64,000 bases of DNA, from positions 12,580-76,579 of the forward strand of contig NZ_JAQTUH010000009.1 of NCBI RefSeq assembly GCF_028710345.1. The letters are read 5' to 3'. The position numbers were made by a program, and so were the translations under genes. Shown here piece by piece: positions 1-10,443 of this stretch (the first letter of the stretch is position 1; the number at the start of each line of letters is the position of its first letter). The notes beneath the pieces were generated by a model. It did no database searches. It was not told the DNA's origin and saw nothing but the letters and a program-made list of their open reading frames with translations. The DNA comes from Sulfuricurvum sp. (lineage in GTDB: Bacteria; Campylobacterota; Campylobacteria; Campylobacterales; Sulfurimonadaceae).

Positions 1-155
1 ATGACGTAGATCTTTTGTCCGGGATAGTTTTCCTGATCCGGATGATCATATGTGTCTAACACTTTCCCAGCATCTATAGCAGCTATGATCTCTTCAAAAC
101 CAATACCTCTGCTTTGTTTAAGAAGTTCATTTTTTTCTTTACCGTAGGTAATCAA
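1..155 (-). CDS. BrnT-family toxin, partial (runs off window start); not in ORF track
   Basis: Manual translation from TTG at 155 with upstream AAGG: MITYGKEKNELLKQSRGIGFEEIIAAIDAGKVLDTYDHPDQENYPGQKIYV, matching the EKN..LK..RGI.FEE...HP.Q..YP.Q pattern of BrnT/DUF497-like toxins. Confidence 0.75.
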   Translation of the reverse strand, partial: MITYGKEKNELLKQSRGIGFEEIIAAIDAGKVLDTYDHPDQENYPGQKIYV

Positions 156-263
156 TACAAGCCTTTATAATATACATACAATGTATTATATATCGACAAA
201 AGTAAATTGATGATAAATTTTTCTATACAATGCATATCATTGCAAATTATGACAGGAAAACAT

Positions 264-3200
264 ATGACGTATCTAAAAATACTCAATCATTCCCAGAAGA
301 AAGAGTTTGAATCACCCCCATCCATTAGTGATGAAACACGAAAAGAACTATTTACACTGCATCATTCTATGCAGCTTCAGTTAGCATCGTTCGATAAGGA
401 TGTTAACAAACTGCACTTCATTGCAATGTACGGATATTTCAAAGTTTACCGTACTTTTTTTGATGCCGTATCATTTCCCAAAAGCGATATCGATTACATT
501 GTAAATCAATACAATTTTCATCTAGATACACTAAAAATAGCGTTAAACACGCAAGTCCGCTACAAAAGAATCATCCGCGAACACTTTGGATTTCTCTCCC
601 CTAATGAGAATCTTCGCAAGATATTAAAAGCCGAGGCCAGCCATCTCATTTCTAAACTCTCCAATCCAAAAGCACTTTTTTACGCTTTGGTCGAAATTTC
701 TGTTTCCAACCGGTATGAAATCCCAACCTATACCTTTTTAGTCCGAATCATCACCGAGGCAATGAATTCCCATAAGCGGCATATATTCGATCAGCTCAAA
801 TCTTTATCCCATCATCAAGAACTTAGGGCTCTGGATCTATTTTTAGAAGACGATGAAGTCCATGCCGGTCGTTACAGCCTATCACGCTTCAAAAAACTAT
901 CCCATTCTCTCAAGCCTGCAAAAATAAAAGATACCGTCAACACCTTCACAACCGTCCGAAACATACATGCGGGACTCATAGAGATCATCGAAAAAATAGG
1001 ACTCGATTTAAACGTCGCGAAGCACTACGCACTCTGGGTTGAAAAGAGCGATATGCATCAGATACTGCGCAAAGCCAAATATAAACAGCAATTCGATCTT
1101 ATCTGTTTCGTGACGCATCAAACCTATATTCGGACCGATCAGCTTTGTGACATACTCGTTCAATCGGTACAAAGTGCAAAAACCTCCGCACTGCGAGAAC
1201 ATCAGAATGCCTATTTCTTGCAGCGTCAATCAAGGTCTAAAGTATCCGGCGAAATGGCTGGTCTACTCAAAAACAGTCTTATACCTAAAGTTTACTCGAT
1301 CAAAAAGACCCTATCCTCAGATATTAATGCCGATCAAAAGCTCCAAATAATTCAAAAAGAGATCGATGCAATGATCGCCGATGAGCAGGAAAATAAAGCG
1401 TTTTTGGAAGAGCATGATGAGCTGAGTGATAATACAGGTTATCATACAATCCTTGAAGAGCGCTCCCGTAAGCTGCAGAACCGGGTTTCCGATATTATCA
1501 AGGCATTGGAATTCGATGAAAAAGAGTCCGATAAATCCCTTCTCAAGGCAATCGCGTTTTTTAAAATAACTGGCGGTAACATCACCGCTAAAATCCCCAT
1601 GGAGTTTTTATCCGAAGAGGAAAAAGAATCTCTCAACTCTAATAACACTGAGGAGCCGTTTCGGATATCACTCTATAAGATGTTTCTCTTTATTACCATC
1701 AGCGATGCCATTAAATCAGGGACTCTCAACCTTAAACACTCCTACCGCTACAGGGCGTTCAATAATTATTTGATCGATTCCACAGAATACGCCAATACCA
1801 AAGAAATACAGCTTGAACGGCATAAGCTGATGGCAATCAAAGACTTCGATGCAGTGCTAGAAGAGCTTCGAGGTTCACTCAGTTCAACCTATCGAAAGAC
1901 TAGCACCAATATTACGAAAGGGAGAAACGAATACTTCCATTTAAAAGCGGATGGCTCATTTATCGTAACTACTCCAAAGCTGGAAAAAAGCGATGAGATT
2001 GAAGGGCTCCATGCCTATCTTCCTAAAGAGAAGTTCATTCCGCTGATCGAGGTGTTGCGTCTCATTGACCGGCATGCACTATTCAGTGCAAAATTTCATC
2101 ACCATTCCCATACGAAAAGCTATAAAGCACCCAAACACAATGCCCTTTATGCGTCAATCATTGGATACGGATGCAATATCAGCATTGCCAAGATGGCAAA
2201 GATATCCAAGGGGATAACAATGGGTGACATAGATCATATCCGCACATGGTATCTAAGCAACGACATGCTTCAAGAAGCCAATGACGCGATAATTGAATTG
2301 ACTGAAACGCTTGGCATCCCCAAGTTGTTCCGGAACAATCAAGAGCGTAATCACACGGCCAGTGACGGTCAAAAATTCAACACATCAGTTGAATCTCTGA
2401 ACTCAGGGCATTCGTTCAAATACTTCGGCTTAGGGCGAGGAGTAAGCCGATATACGTTCTCCGATGAATCCGGTCGGTTATTCTATACGACGGTAATCAA
2501 TGCCAATGAGCGTGAAGCAGCGTACGTTATCGATGGACTGATGCACCAGGAGGTAGTACAAAGCGATATCCACTCAACCGACACATTTGGATACAGCGAG
2601 GTGGTGTTCGCACTCACACATCTGCTGAAATTGGTCTTTGCACCACGGATCAAAAACTTTAAAGAGCAGCAGCTTTATGCGTTTGAACCTAGAAAACTCT
2701 ACAAAGAGTATGGGTACGTTTTACTGCCGGTAAAACAGATCAATACTGCTGTTATTGAAGAGCAATGGGATCAAATTCTTCGAATGGTCATTACCATCAA
2801 AGAGCGAAGGACAACGGTGACACAACTGCTTAAGCGTCTTACCTCCTATTCACGCAAACACAAGCTTTATCAGGCACTGCGGGAATTCGGTCGTATCATC
2901 AAAACACGTTTTTTGCTCAACTACATCGACGATGTTGTCTTCCGTCAGCAAATTGAGAAGCAGCTCAATAAAGTGGAAAGCGCAAACAAATTTTCTAAAG
3001 CGGTTTTTTTTGGAAACAGCGGTGAATATTTTTATGCCACAAAAGAGGAACAGGATATTGCCAGCAATGCACTGCGTCTGATTCAAAACTCGATTATCTG
3101 CTGGAACTATCTCTATGTTTCAAACCTTCTTGCTAAAGAAAAAGATGAGGAAACCAGAGATAAAATTATCAATACACTGAAGAACGGATCAATAGTACAC

Positions 3201-3332
3201 TGGCAGCACATTAACTTTTATGGGGAATATGATTTTACAGAACGACAAATTGAAGGTGATGAATTCGATATTGACGCTATAAAGCGTTTTTCAATAGAAA
3301 AGTACTTGCAGAAAGAAGAAAAGAGCTTGTAG
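264..3332 (+). CDS. tnpA: Tn3-family transposase TnpA
   Basis: About 1020 aa with DDE_Tnp_Tn3 motifs (TASDGQKF, HSTDTFGYSE, QLNKVE, CWNYLY, HINFYGEYDF). The ATG at 264 has an AGGA RBS; the ORF track starts at TTG 207. Confidence 0.93.
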   Translation: MTYLKILNHSQKKEFESPPSISDETRKELFTLHHSMQLQLASFDKDVNKLHFIAMYGYFKVYRTFFDAVSFPKSDIDYIVNQYNFHLDTLKIALNTQVRYKRIIREHFGFLSPNENLRKILKAEASHLISKLSNPKALFYALVEISVSNRYEIPTYTFLVRIITEAMNSHKRHIFDQLKSLSHHQELRALDLFLEDDEVHAGRYSLSRFKKLSHSLKPAKIKDTVNTFTTVRNIHAGLIEIIEKIGLDLNVAKHYALWVEKSDMHQILRKAKYKQQFDLICFVTHQTYIRTDQLCDILVQSVQSAKTSALREHQNAYFLQRQSRSKVSGEMAGLLKNSLIPKVYSIKKTLSSDINADQKLQIIQKEIDAMIADEQENKAFLEEHDELSDNTGYHTILEERSRKLQNRVSDIIKALEFDEKESDKSLLKAIAFFKITGGNITAKIPMEFLSEEEKESLNSNNTEEPFRISLYKMFLFITISDAIKSGTLNLKHSYRYRAFNNYLIDSTEYANTKEIQLERHKLMAIKDFDAVLEELRGSLSSTYRKTSTNITKGRNEYFHLKADGSFIVTTPKLEKSDEIEGLHAYLPKEKFIPLIEVLRLIDRHALFSAKFHHHSHTKSYKAPKHNALYASIIGYGCNISIAKMAKISKGITMGDIDHIRTWYLSNDMLQEANDAIIELTETLGIPKLFRNNQERNHTASDGQKFNTSVESLNSGHSFKYFGLGRGVSRYTFSDESGRLFYTTVINANEREAAYVIDGLMHQEVVQSDIHSTDTFGYSEVVFALTHLLKLVFAPRIKNFKEQQLYAFEPRKLYKEYGYVLLPVKQINTAVIEEQWDQILRMVITIKERRTTVTQLLKRLTSYSRKHKLYQALREFGRIIKTRFLLNYIDDVVFRQQIEKQLNKVESANKFSKAVFFGNSGEYFYATKEEQDIASNALRLIQNSIICWNYLYVSNLLAKEKDEETRDKIINTLKNGSIVHWQHINFYGEYDFTERQIEGDEFDIDAIKRFSIEKYLQKEEKSL

Positions 3333-3358
3333 GGCAAATATGAGCTATTTTAAGCTAA

Positions 3359-3403
3359 CTTTAAAACGGATGGTGAAAAAACCCTAAATGTAGGTAGACA
3401 CCC
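3359..3403 (-). mobile_element. Putative terminal inverted repeat of the Tn3-family element
   Basis: Reads GGGTGTCTACCTACATTTAGGGTTTTTTCACCATCCGTTTTAAAG inward. It lies 27 nt after the tnpA stop and directly abuts the truncated recombinase frame; the partner IR was not seen in the window. Confidence 0.5.
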
Positions 3404-3712
3404 GAGTATATGAGAGCCGTACTTCCGGATCCTTCGTATGTTATTTCCAGTACCTGTACCAATGGAAGTTATACGAATAAGAAAATGCCCGATGTCGATA
3501 TGTGGAAATTCACGACATACGCACTCAAGGCGATTGGAATTAATAAGAGCGGACGGCATATCATTCGACGCGGATATGCCACCAAAGAGCTCGCCGATGG
3601 AAAAGAATTGGCGATTGTGGCGATGGAGCTTGGACACACGTCGACGAATACGACTTTTAGTGCCTATGTGAAGAATAATCCTGAACTTATGATGAGACAA
3701 AAGATCAAGTAA
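3404..3712 (+). pseudogene. C-terminal remnant of a tyrosine recombinase/integrase
   Basis: HIIRRG (HxxR), LGH and YVK catalytic motifs are present, but the frame is closed by TAG at 3395-3397 inside the putative IR and the N-terminal part is missing. Confidence 0.8.
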
Positions 3713-3718
3713 AAGTAA

Positions 3719-4135
3719 TTAGACCTTCTGAAAATAGCGGGTTTCCCCGTTTACCTTGGCACTGAACCCATCAGAAGCGATATTGATCTGATGCATCATC
3801 AAATCAAAGTGTTTGGATGGGTTTTTATAGACTTTCATCGCTATGCTATGGTTAAAGTGGACACTGTAATCAGCATGAAGTGTGTCAGCGGATTGCGGAT
3901 GAATAAAATGTGCTTTTGCATTTGTTAAGAAATGGAGTATAAATCCCGTTTTAGAACATTGAAACTGCTGATTTCGTAATTCAGAATCGATTCGTAGTGA
4001 AAGGTTTTCTTGAGTAACGGCAGAGCGTTCGAATTGGATAATTTCTTCGCTCATCAATGGTGTCGTACCCAATAAGCCGGTAGTAATCAGAGCGGTGGCT
4101 AAAAATCGTTTGGATTTATCGTGATATTTATACAT
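3719..4135 (-). CDS. Secreted hypothetical protein, paralogue of 11796..12212
   Basis: AGGAG RBS, N-terminal signal-like segment, about 54% identical (74/138, hand count, ungapped) to 11796..12212. Confidence 0.8.
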   Translation of the reverse strand: MYKYHDKSKRFLATALITTGLLGTTPLMSEEIIQFERSAVTQENLSLRIDSELRNQQFQCSKTGFILHFLTNAKAHFIHPQSADTLHADYSVHFNHSIAMKVYKNPSKHFDLMMHQINIASDGFSAKVNGETRYFQKV

Positions 4136-4282
4136 TCATTGCACTCCTGATATAAGGTCACTTAAACAAGAGGTATTGTATATGTGAATGATGAATGGTT
4201 GTTAACAATGTAAAAAAGAGCTTGAACTTAATTTCAAATATACTATACTTTTCTTGAGTTATGAGATATAAAAAGGATTTGT

Positions 4283-4474
4283 ATGACAGAACGAACCAAA
4301 CAACTACTTGTAATGGCGAGTGATCAGGCATCTGCGTCATTTGGTGAACGCCAATTATTTGATATATTAAAAGTACTTCGTTCTTTGGATCGGGATGAAA
4401 TCCGTTATAGATTTGAATCTAAAGAGATTTGTGACCTTGTTGAGTTTGTGCTATTTGAGGAAACTCTCAATTAA
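4283..4474 (+). CDS. Small hypothetical protein
   Basis: 63 aa ORF with AAGGA RBS in an otherwise intergenic space. Confidence 0.5.
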   Translation: MTERTKQLLVMASDQASASFGERQLFDILKVLRSLDRDEIRYRFESKEICDLVEFVLFEETLN

Positions 4475-4529
4475 TATTTGCGTGGATCATGAAGTTTCGT
4501 AACGGCAGTCTCTGGACTCCATTTTGGTA

Positions 4530-5291
4530 TTAATAAATAAACACTTTTTTCAAAGCCTCTAGCGTAAGCCCTTTATCTATAGTAACCATTCCATTGACAA
4601 TGGTTTTAATCATTTTTTGATCTACTTCTTGTTCTAAATGAGTTATAAAACTTTCAAAATGTTCCATCATTTTACCGGTCATTTGAATCCTTTCATCACC
4701 GGTTAAAAGCAAGGATAATTTTAAAATGTCTTGACGATGTTTTTTCCATTTATTATCATTTCTTCTTCTGAGATCGAAAAATGCGGACATTTTTAGCATA
4801 ATAGTTGCCTGGGTATTGGTACAAGGTGCAATTACTGACATGCTTACATTGTTTTTGATCATCTCAAAATATTCCGGATCCAGCATGATCGCTGATAATG
4901 AATAGAGACCAACTTCTGGATCAATAGGGATAATCCGTTGATTTTCATCCAAATTAAGATCGTTTTCATTAGAAGCAAAAAGTTCTATCTCTTTTGCAAA
5001 TCCTTCTGTCTCAGGTTTAACGAATCGGTAATAGTGATACTGATCTTTGTCCCCTTTTTGTATTTCGTATTTACCCTCTTGGACGTATTGCTTGATTCTT
5101 TGCGACATTTCAACTGAAGATGTAGTTAACAATACAAGATCAATATCATGAGTAGCTTTACCGTGACCATTACCTAAACCTTCATCAAGGAGCATAACCG
5201 TTGCAAAGCCCCCTACAACGACGTACATATCCTCTAAATCTTTGCAATATTGCTGGAAATGACTTAACCCTCTGTAATCAGTTTCTTTCAT
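4530..5291 (-). CDS. Nucleotidyltransferase-fold protein (AbiEii/AbiGii-like toxin candidate)
   Basis: VVVGGFA...ATHDIDLV (GG and DxD) motif; overlaps the upstream HTH gene; ATG 5291 has a GAAGG RBS. Confidence 0.7.
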   Translation of the reverse strand: MKETDYRGLSHFQQYCKDLEDMYVVVGGFATVMLLDEGLGNGHGKATHDIDLVLLTTSSVEMSQRIKQYVQEGKYEIQKGDKDQYHYYRFVKPETEGFAKEIELFASNENDLNLDENQRIIPIDPEVGLYSLSAIMLDPEYFEMIKNNVSMSVIAPCTNTQATIMLKMSAFFDLRRRNDNKWKKHRQDILKLSLLLTGDERIQMTGKMMEHFESFITHLEQEVDQKMIKTIVNGMVTIDKGLTLEALKKVFIY

Positions 5292-6273
5292 CTTGGTTAC
5301 CTTCAAATTTTTTCATAATCTCTTGTTCAAGTAGTTCGAGTGCGTATTGAGTACGTTCATCATTTTCTTTTCGTAAAGTTCGCAAAACATAGAGTGGATT
5401 AACGTTGTCGTCTACTGCAAAAATAGATGGGTCACGATCCCACACTTCTATACGAAATTGAGCGTTTTCTTTTTCACTTTCATTGAGTTGGGAAAAGTGG
5501 CGCATTCGCATCTTTGAACTCATTGCTCTTGTCGGTATACGCTCATCCATTAAGGTAGAAAACACTGATAATGCAGAATATCCACTATTCATTATAGGGT
5601 GATCGAGCATAGGAGAATCAGAATAAAAAACATATTTGATTGGTGATATTCCTTCTTCTTTCAAGCGATCATAGACATCTTCAGGTGAATTGAAAACAAT
5701 GTGTTTACTACGCCCTTGTTTTTCTATTCGCACATATTCAAATGTTTCCAAAATAGACAAAGCAGCTGATGTCGCACGGATATCTCTGTCAATCATGGAA
5801 GCAATTTGTGAAATCATAAAACCCGATTGTATGTTTTTATTCAAATAACCGATTAGGATCATATCAGCATCGGGAGTGAGTGACTGGAAATTTTTACGCG
5901 GTATCGGCAGTAATTTTTCTGATTTCATTTGCATTAGTGCAAACGGCATATAAACATATTTATCTATGATGACGAAAGATTGGCGTTTTTCAATTAAACG
6001 ATTGATATTTCTGCTTCCTAAAGAGTCAAAAACCAATACGACGTAGCAAGGGCAATTTTCCTCAATTTTACGTACAGCGTTATAGTGAATTCGCAAATCG
6101 GTAGTTGTATCTTTAACATGAGCAAATACAACTCCGAAACCACTAACACTACAGCTCCATAGATCATATCCAGCTTGAATATATAAGGGCAAACTCATAG
6201 TGAGTTCTTTTTCTTGTATGCCATAGCCAGTTGTGGTTTCTATGTAATGGAATAGTGCATCTTTATACTTCAT
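5278..6273 (-). CDS. Winged-HTH protein (MarR/AbiEi-like antitoxin candidate)
   Basis: Central HTH-like segment (ISQIASMIDRDIRATSAALSILE), C-terminal SGYSALS and PLYV motifs; coupled to the nucleotidyltransferase. Confidence 0.6.
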   Translation of the reverse strand: MKYKDALFHYIETTTGYGIQEKELTMSLPLYIQAGYDLWSCSVSGFGVVFAHVKDTTTDLRIHYNAVRKIEENCPCYVVLVFDSLGSRNINRLIEKRQSFVIIDKYVYMPFALMQMKSEKLLPIPRKNFQSLTPDADMILIGYLNKNIQSGFMISQIASMIDRDIRATSAALSILETFEYVRIEKQGRSKHIVFNSPEDVYDRLKEEGISPIKYVFYSDSPMLDHPIMNSGYSALSVFSTLMDERIPTRAMSSKMRMRHFSQLNESEKENAQFRIEVWDRDPSIFAVDDNVNPLYVLRTLRKENDERTQYALELLEQEIMKKFEGNQDERN

Positions 6274-6499
6274 AAACTTATATTAGCATAAAATAGGTAT
6301 TATTTACAATAATATGTAAATATTGAATAATTAATGTAAATTAAAGGCTAATAAGATGAATTGAAATAGATACTAGAGTTTAAATTTGGTTAACCTAAGA
6401 TAAATTATATTGAATATTTAATGCAATCAATGATAATTTTGGAATAAAATTGATTCCAAAATCTATATAATCATTACTGTAATTGACTGTTTTTTATTC

Positions 6500-8320
6500 T
6501 CAAATCTTCGCCCGTCGTGCAACCCCGATAAGCTTTTCATGGGGGAAATTATAAAAGCTGACAAAGTTCGGCGACAGGTCTTTAATCATTGCAAATATTT
6601 TCCATAAGAAGCTGTCGGAAACGATCTCTTCGTCCCCGTAAAAAATAGAGCGTTCATTGATGTTCCGCTCCCGCAAGAGTTTTTCGACATTGAGTTTTTC
6701 CATGTATCCTGAATGTATGACCAAAAGATCGAGTGCCTCACCCAATGGGGAAAGTTTGCTAAAAATTCCGTGAGGTTCATATGTCGTTTTAATGATGACG
6801 ATAAGATTATAATCGTAAATAATCCCATTTTGGAACATTGTTTTACCTATGTAGGCGGGGATAGCATCTGTATTACGGGCAAAAAACAGAGCGGTACCGC
6901 TTACATGCTGACCATGTCTGTAACGCGTAGAATATTCCTCCAAAAAAGCATCTTTATCAATCGGAACCAAAGCAGCATAAAGCCGTTTTTGCCCTTGGGT
7001 ATAAAGAATAATGATAAAAAGGGGAACAGAAGCAATAATCAAAGACCAATAGCCGCCGTGCGGAATTTTCATCCAACTAGAGACAAAAAAACTCATGCTC
7101 ATTAGCCCTGTGAAAATTGCTAACCCCATTTTAAGATACTCTTTTTTAACCATGAAAATCATACTCATTAAAATACCGGTAATGCTCATCGCCCCCGCAA
7201 CCGAGAGCCCGTATGCGGCGGCTAATTTAGCCGATTCGCCGAAATCAAAAAGGATCGCGATGACACAGACAAATAAGAACCAGTTGACTGAGCCGACATA
7301 AATTTGGCTGCGAAGCTCATCGGAGGTGTAATCGACACTGAAATGGGGGAAAATACGGGTCGTCATCGCCTGATAGAGGACGGAAAAAACACCGCTGATC
7401 ATCGCTTGAGACGCAATAACGGTTGCGAAAATAGCTAAAATAACCAATGAAATATAGAGCGTTGGGCCAAAATCATGAAACATCTCAAAGAATGGACTTT
7501 TTAGTGCATCAGGATGGGATAGGAGAAATGCACCTTGCCCGAAATAACACAAAATTAATGCCACAGAAGCAAAAACCCACCCTTTTAGAATGGGAAGACG
7601 ACCCAAATGCCCCATATCGGCGTACAACGCTTCACCTCCCGTTGCGCATAACAAGACATCGGCTAAAACCACAAACGCAATATACGGGTGCTGAACAACA
7701 AACTCTACCGCATAAAAGGGTGAGAGGGCATGGAGAACTTCAGGATTTTGTAGTACGTTATACCCCCCGACAATGCCAAGGGCGAAAAACCAGATCACCA
7801 TAATCGGCCCAAACGCACTGGCAACCTTTTCGACCCCATGTTTCTGAACGGCAAAGAGGGCAAATGCAATTCCTGCGGCGATGAGGAGCAATACGTATTT
7901 CGGGGTACTCTCATGTCCCGGGATCAACATAATCCCCTCGACGGCACTGAGAATACTGATCGCAGGGGTAATAACCCCATCCCCGATCATCAGCGAGATA
8001 CCGAGAAATCCCAATGCGGTGACGAGGGCAGCCAAACGGGCTCCCTTAAGATAAGGGAGCAAAATTTGCACCAGCACAACCGTCCCCCCTTCGCCCCGTT
8101 TTGAAAGACTGGTCGCTAACCACGCGTATTGAACAGTAACGAGCATCGTGAGGGTCCATACGATCATGGAGAGGATCTGAAAAATAGTCTCTTTGGTGGG
8201 TTGTACAAGAAGCAAGATTACGGCGAAAGTATAGATCGGACTGGTGCCAATGTCGCCGTAAACGACACCGAGTGACTTAATCACCATCATTTCATTTATA
8301 ATACGTTCTTTTAATGTCAT
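6500..8320 (-). CDS. kup: KUP/HAK/KT potassium transporter
   Basis: LGVVYGDIGTSPIY, GEGG, GDGVITPAISILSAVEG and TGGEALYADMGH signature motifs. Confidence 0.95.
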   Translation of the reverse strand: MTLKERIINEMMVIKSLGVVYGDIGTSPIYTFAVILLLVQPTKETIFQILSMIVWTLTMLVTVQYAWLATSLSKRGEGGTVVLVQILLPYLKGARLAALVTALGFLGISLMIGDGVITPAISILSAVEGIMLIPGHESTPKYVLLLIAAGIAFALFAVQKHGVEKVASAFGPIMVIWFFALGIVGGYNVLQNPEVLHALSPFYAVEFVVQHPYIAFVVLADVLLCATGGEALYADMGHLGRLPILKGWVFASVALILCYFGQGAFLLSHPDALKSPFFEMFHDFGPTLYISLVILAIFATVIASQAMISGVFSVLYQAMTTRIFPHFSVDYTSDELRSQIYVGSVNWFLFVCVIAILFDFGESAKLAAAYGLSVAGAMSITGILMSMIFMVKKEYLKMGLAIFTGLMSMSFFVSSWMKIPHGGYWSLIIASVPLFIIILYTQGQKRLYAALVPIDKDAFLEEYSTRYRHGQHVSGTALFFARNTDAIPAYIGKTMFQNGIIYDYNLIVIIKTTYEPHGIFSKLSPLGEALDLLVIHSGYMEKLNVEKLLRERNINERSIFYGDEEIVSDSFLWKIFAMIKDLSPNFVSFYNFPHEKLIGVARRAKI

Positions 8321-8517
8321 ATATTTCCTTACATTTTAAGACTATACTTAACTTTATTCATAGTATATACTTTTGAACTAGGGTACTCTTAATGAACTTA
8401 AATGTAAATGATTGGGCAACCTGGCGCTATCCTCCCTTAAAGGAAAAAAACCTTTTGTAGTTTTACACCCTTTCATAGATTCTCTTTGTTGTTTAGCTTG
8501 TACTTTTAATTGTTCTA

Positions 8518-8673
8518 TTATTTATTTTTGGGGTAGGAAATGTTGGAGGCAATCTCCAACAGTGCGTTTAAAAACTTCTCACCTATAAGTCGAAACCCTT
8601 CTTGCTTATTGCTGATAAGCAGCGGCATGAACTCCTCTAAATCAAACTCAATTTTATTTCCTCGTAATTCCAT
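8518..8673 (-). other. Possible 51-aa small ORF or gene remnant
   Basis: MELRGNKIEFDLEEFMPLLISNKQEGFRLIGEKFLNALLEIASNISYPKNK; the frame stays open about 20 codons upstream; only a weak RBS. Confidence 0.25.
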
Positions 8674-8757
8674 GGCTATGACCCTTTTTGTCTCATCATA
8701 GGTAACATTGGAATTTACAGAAAATATTTTACGCTAACTTTTTAATCTACAATGCTC

Positions 8758-10152
8758 TTAACTTCGTGTTCTAAAATAGAGATAAAGTGGTGCACCAAGG
8801 ATGACTAATCCAAGTCCTGTAAGTGACTCTAGCGGGCGTGAATATATAGAATTCGCAACTATCACAATGCAGCATAGAAAGAATAATAGAGGTACGACTG
8901 GGTATCCATAGGTAATCTGTAATTTTCCTATCATTTTAAGACGTATAACTGCTATAGCGCCCAAAGCATAAAATATGAATGCTGCAAAAACAAGCATATC
9001 TGTCAGTTGATCAAATGTACCACTTATAATAAGCAAACATGCCCAAATCATTTGCCCGATTAAAGAAATATACGGTGTTCTAAAGCGTTTATGAACATGT
9101 GAAAAAGGCTTAAAAAAATATCCCTCTTTCGACATTTGATAATAAACTCTCGCCGCAGACATGGTGCTCGCCTGTGTTGCACCAAATGTCGACACCATAA
9201 TTAAAATAGAAATAAGAGTAATACCTATCGAACCCATGGTAATTTTTGCAACTTCAATGGCGGCGATACTTCCATGCTGTGTACTTAAATGAGCAAAATC
9301 AGCTGGTGTTAGTACTTGTAAATAAGCATAATTTACCAGTAAATAGAGGCACATCGTTAATGCTGTTCCTACAATAATGGCTATTGGAATATTTTTGGTT
9401 GGATTTTTAAATTCACTGGCCATATTGGTAATATTAACCCATCCGTCATATGCCCAAAATGCTCCAAGCATAGCCGTAAAAAAAGCGCTTATTTGTACCA
9501 GTTCACTTGTTTGACTTGGTTTAAAAGTATGAATCACAACAGTTGCATGAGTACTATTTTCTGAATAGCTCAATCCCATGAATATAAGCAGTAATATACC
9601 AAGAACTTTTGCACTCGTGACAATGTTGCTTAACCATCCTCCTCCTTTTACCCCCCGAATATTAAAAATAGTTAGGAAAATTAATGTCGAAACGGCAATA
9701 AGCTTAATAGAAGCGTTTTGAAAAGGAAAAATTATTCCAAAAATATTATAAGAGCTATATGCTTCCAGCAGTGGAGGAACTCCGCAAAGATTACCAAGTG
9801 ATTCAGCAAAAACATATGCAATAGATGCAATTGAAGCTGTACTAATAACAGCAAAAAAACTCCATCCGTAGATAAAACCAAAAAAAACGCCGAATACGTT
9901 TTTAAAGTATTGAAACTGTCCTCCAGCCTCCTTGGTTGTCGTTGCCAAAGAAGCAAAACTAAAAGCTCCAAGTATGGTAATCAGCCCTGCTACCACCCAT
10001 GCCCAAAGGATTAATGATCCATTTGCAAGATTTACTGACATTGGAGCTATTTTTTTAAATACACCTGATCCTATCATACTTCCTGCTACCAATAGTATTG
10101 CGGTACCAAGACCTAAAACATGGAGTAAAGCTGGCTCTTTTGTGTTATCCAT
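8758..10152 (-). CDS. APC-family amino acid permease
   Basis: MIGSGVF, GAFWAYDGW and PKNIP motifs, about 12 TM segments. Confidence 0.9.
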   Translation of the reverse strand: MDNTKEPALLHVLGLGTAILLVAGSMIGSGVFKKIAPMSVNLANGSLILWAWVVAGLITILGAFSFASLATTTKEAGGQFQYFKNVFGVFFGFIYGWSFFAVISTASIASIAYVFAESLGNLCGVPPLLEAYSSYNIFGIIFPFQNASIKLIAVSTLIFLTIFNIRGVKGGGWLSNIVTSAKVLGILLLIFMGLSYSENSTHATVVIHTFKPSQTSELVQISAFFTAMLGAFWAYDGWVNITNMASEFKNPTKNIPIAIIVGTALTMCLYLLVNYAYLQVLTPADFAHLSTQHGSIAAIEVAKITMGSIGITLISILIMVSTFGATQASTMSAARVYYQMSKEGYFFKPFSHVHKRFRTPYISLIGQMIWACLLIISGTFDQLTDMLVFAAFIFYALGAIAVIRLKMIGKLQITYGYPVVPLLFFLCCIVIVANSIYSRPLESLTGLGLVILGAPLYLYFRTRS

Positions 10153-10443
10153 ATATTTTGATTCCTAATGGTTTGTATTTAGATTGTAACTAAGATGATG
10201 TAAAATTCTCGAAAGCCCTCATTTTAGGTGTATGTCCATCAACTATATCACAAGTATACTCCAAAGGAATTTGTTTTAAAGTTTCTTTATAACCGCTCAA
10301 CTTGTCCTATACTCGCATTTCCGTTCAGCAAAAAACATATTTATCATAAAATTGTAATGAAAGCAAAAAATGTTAATATGCCGCCTAAAATCTGAAATGG
10401 TGTTAATAGAAAAAATATTTTAATATTAACCAAATGAGGAAAA

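Noticed and set aside
3350-3700. 116-aa minus-strand and 77-aa plus-strand ORFs
   Set aside because: Shadows of the frame carrying the tyrosine recombinase motifs.
8321-8757. c-di-AMP (ydaO) riboswitch upstream of kup
   Set aside because: None of the conserved motif elements were found; only a 7-bp hairpin GTTGGAG/CTCCAAC of unclear meaning.
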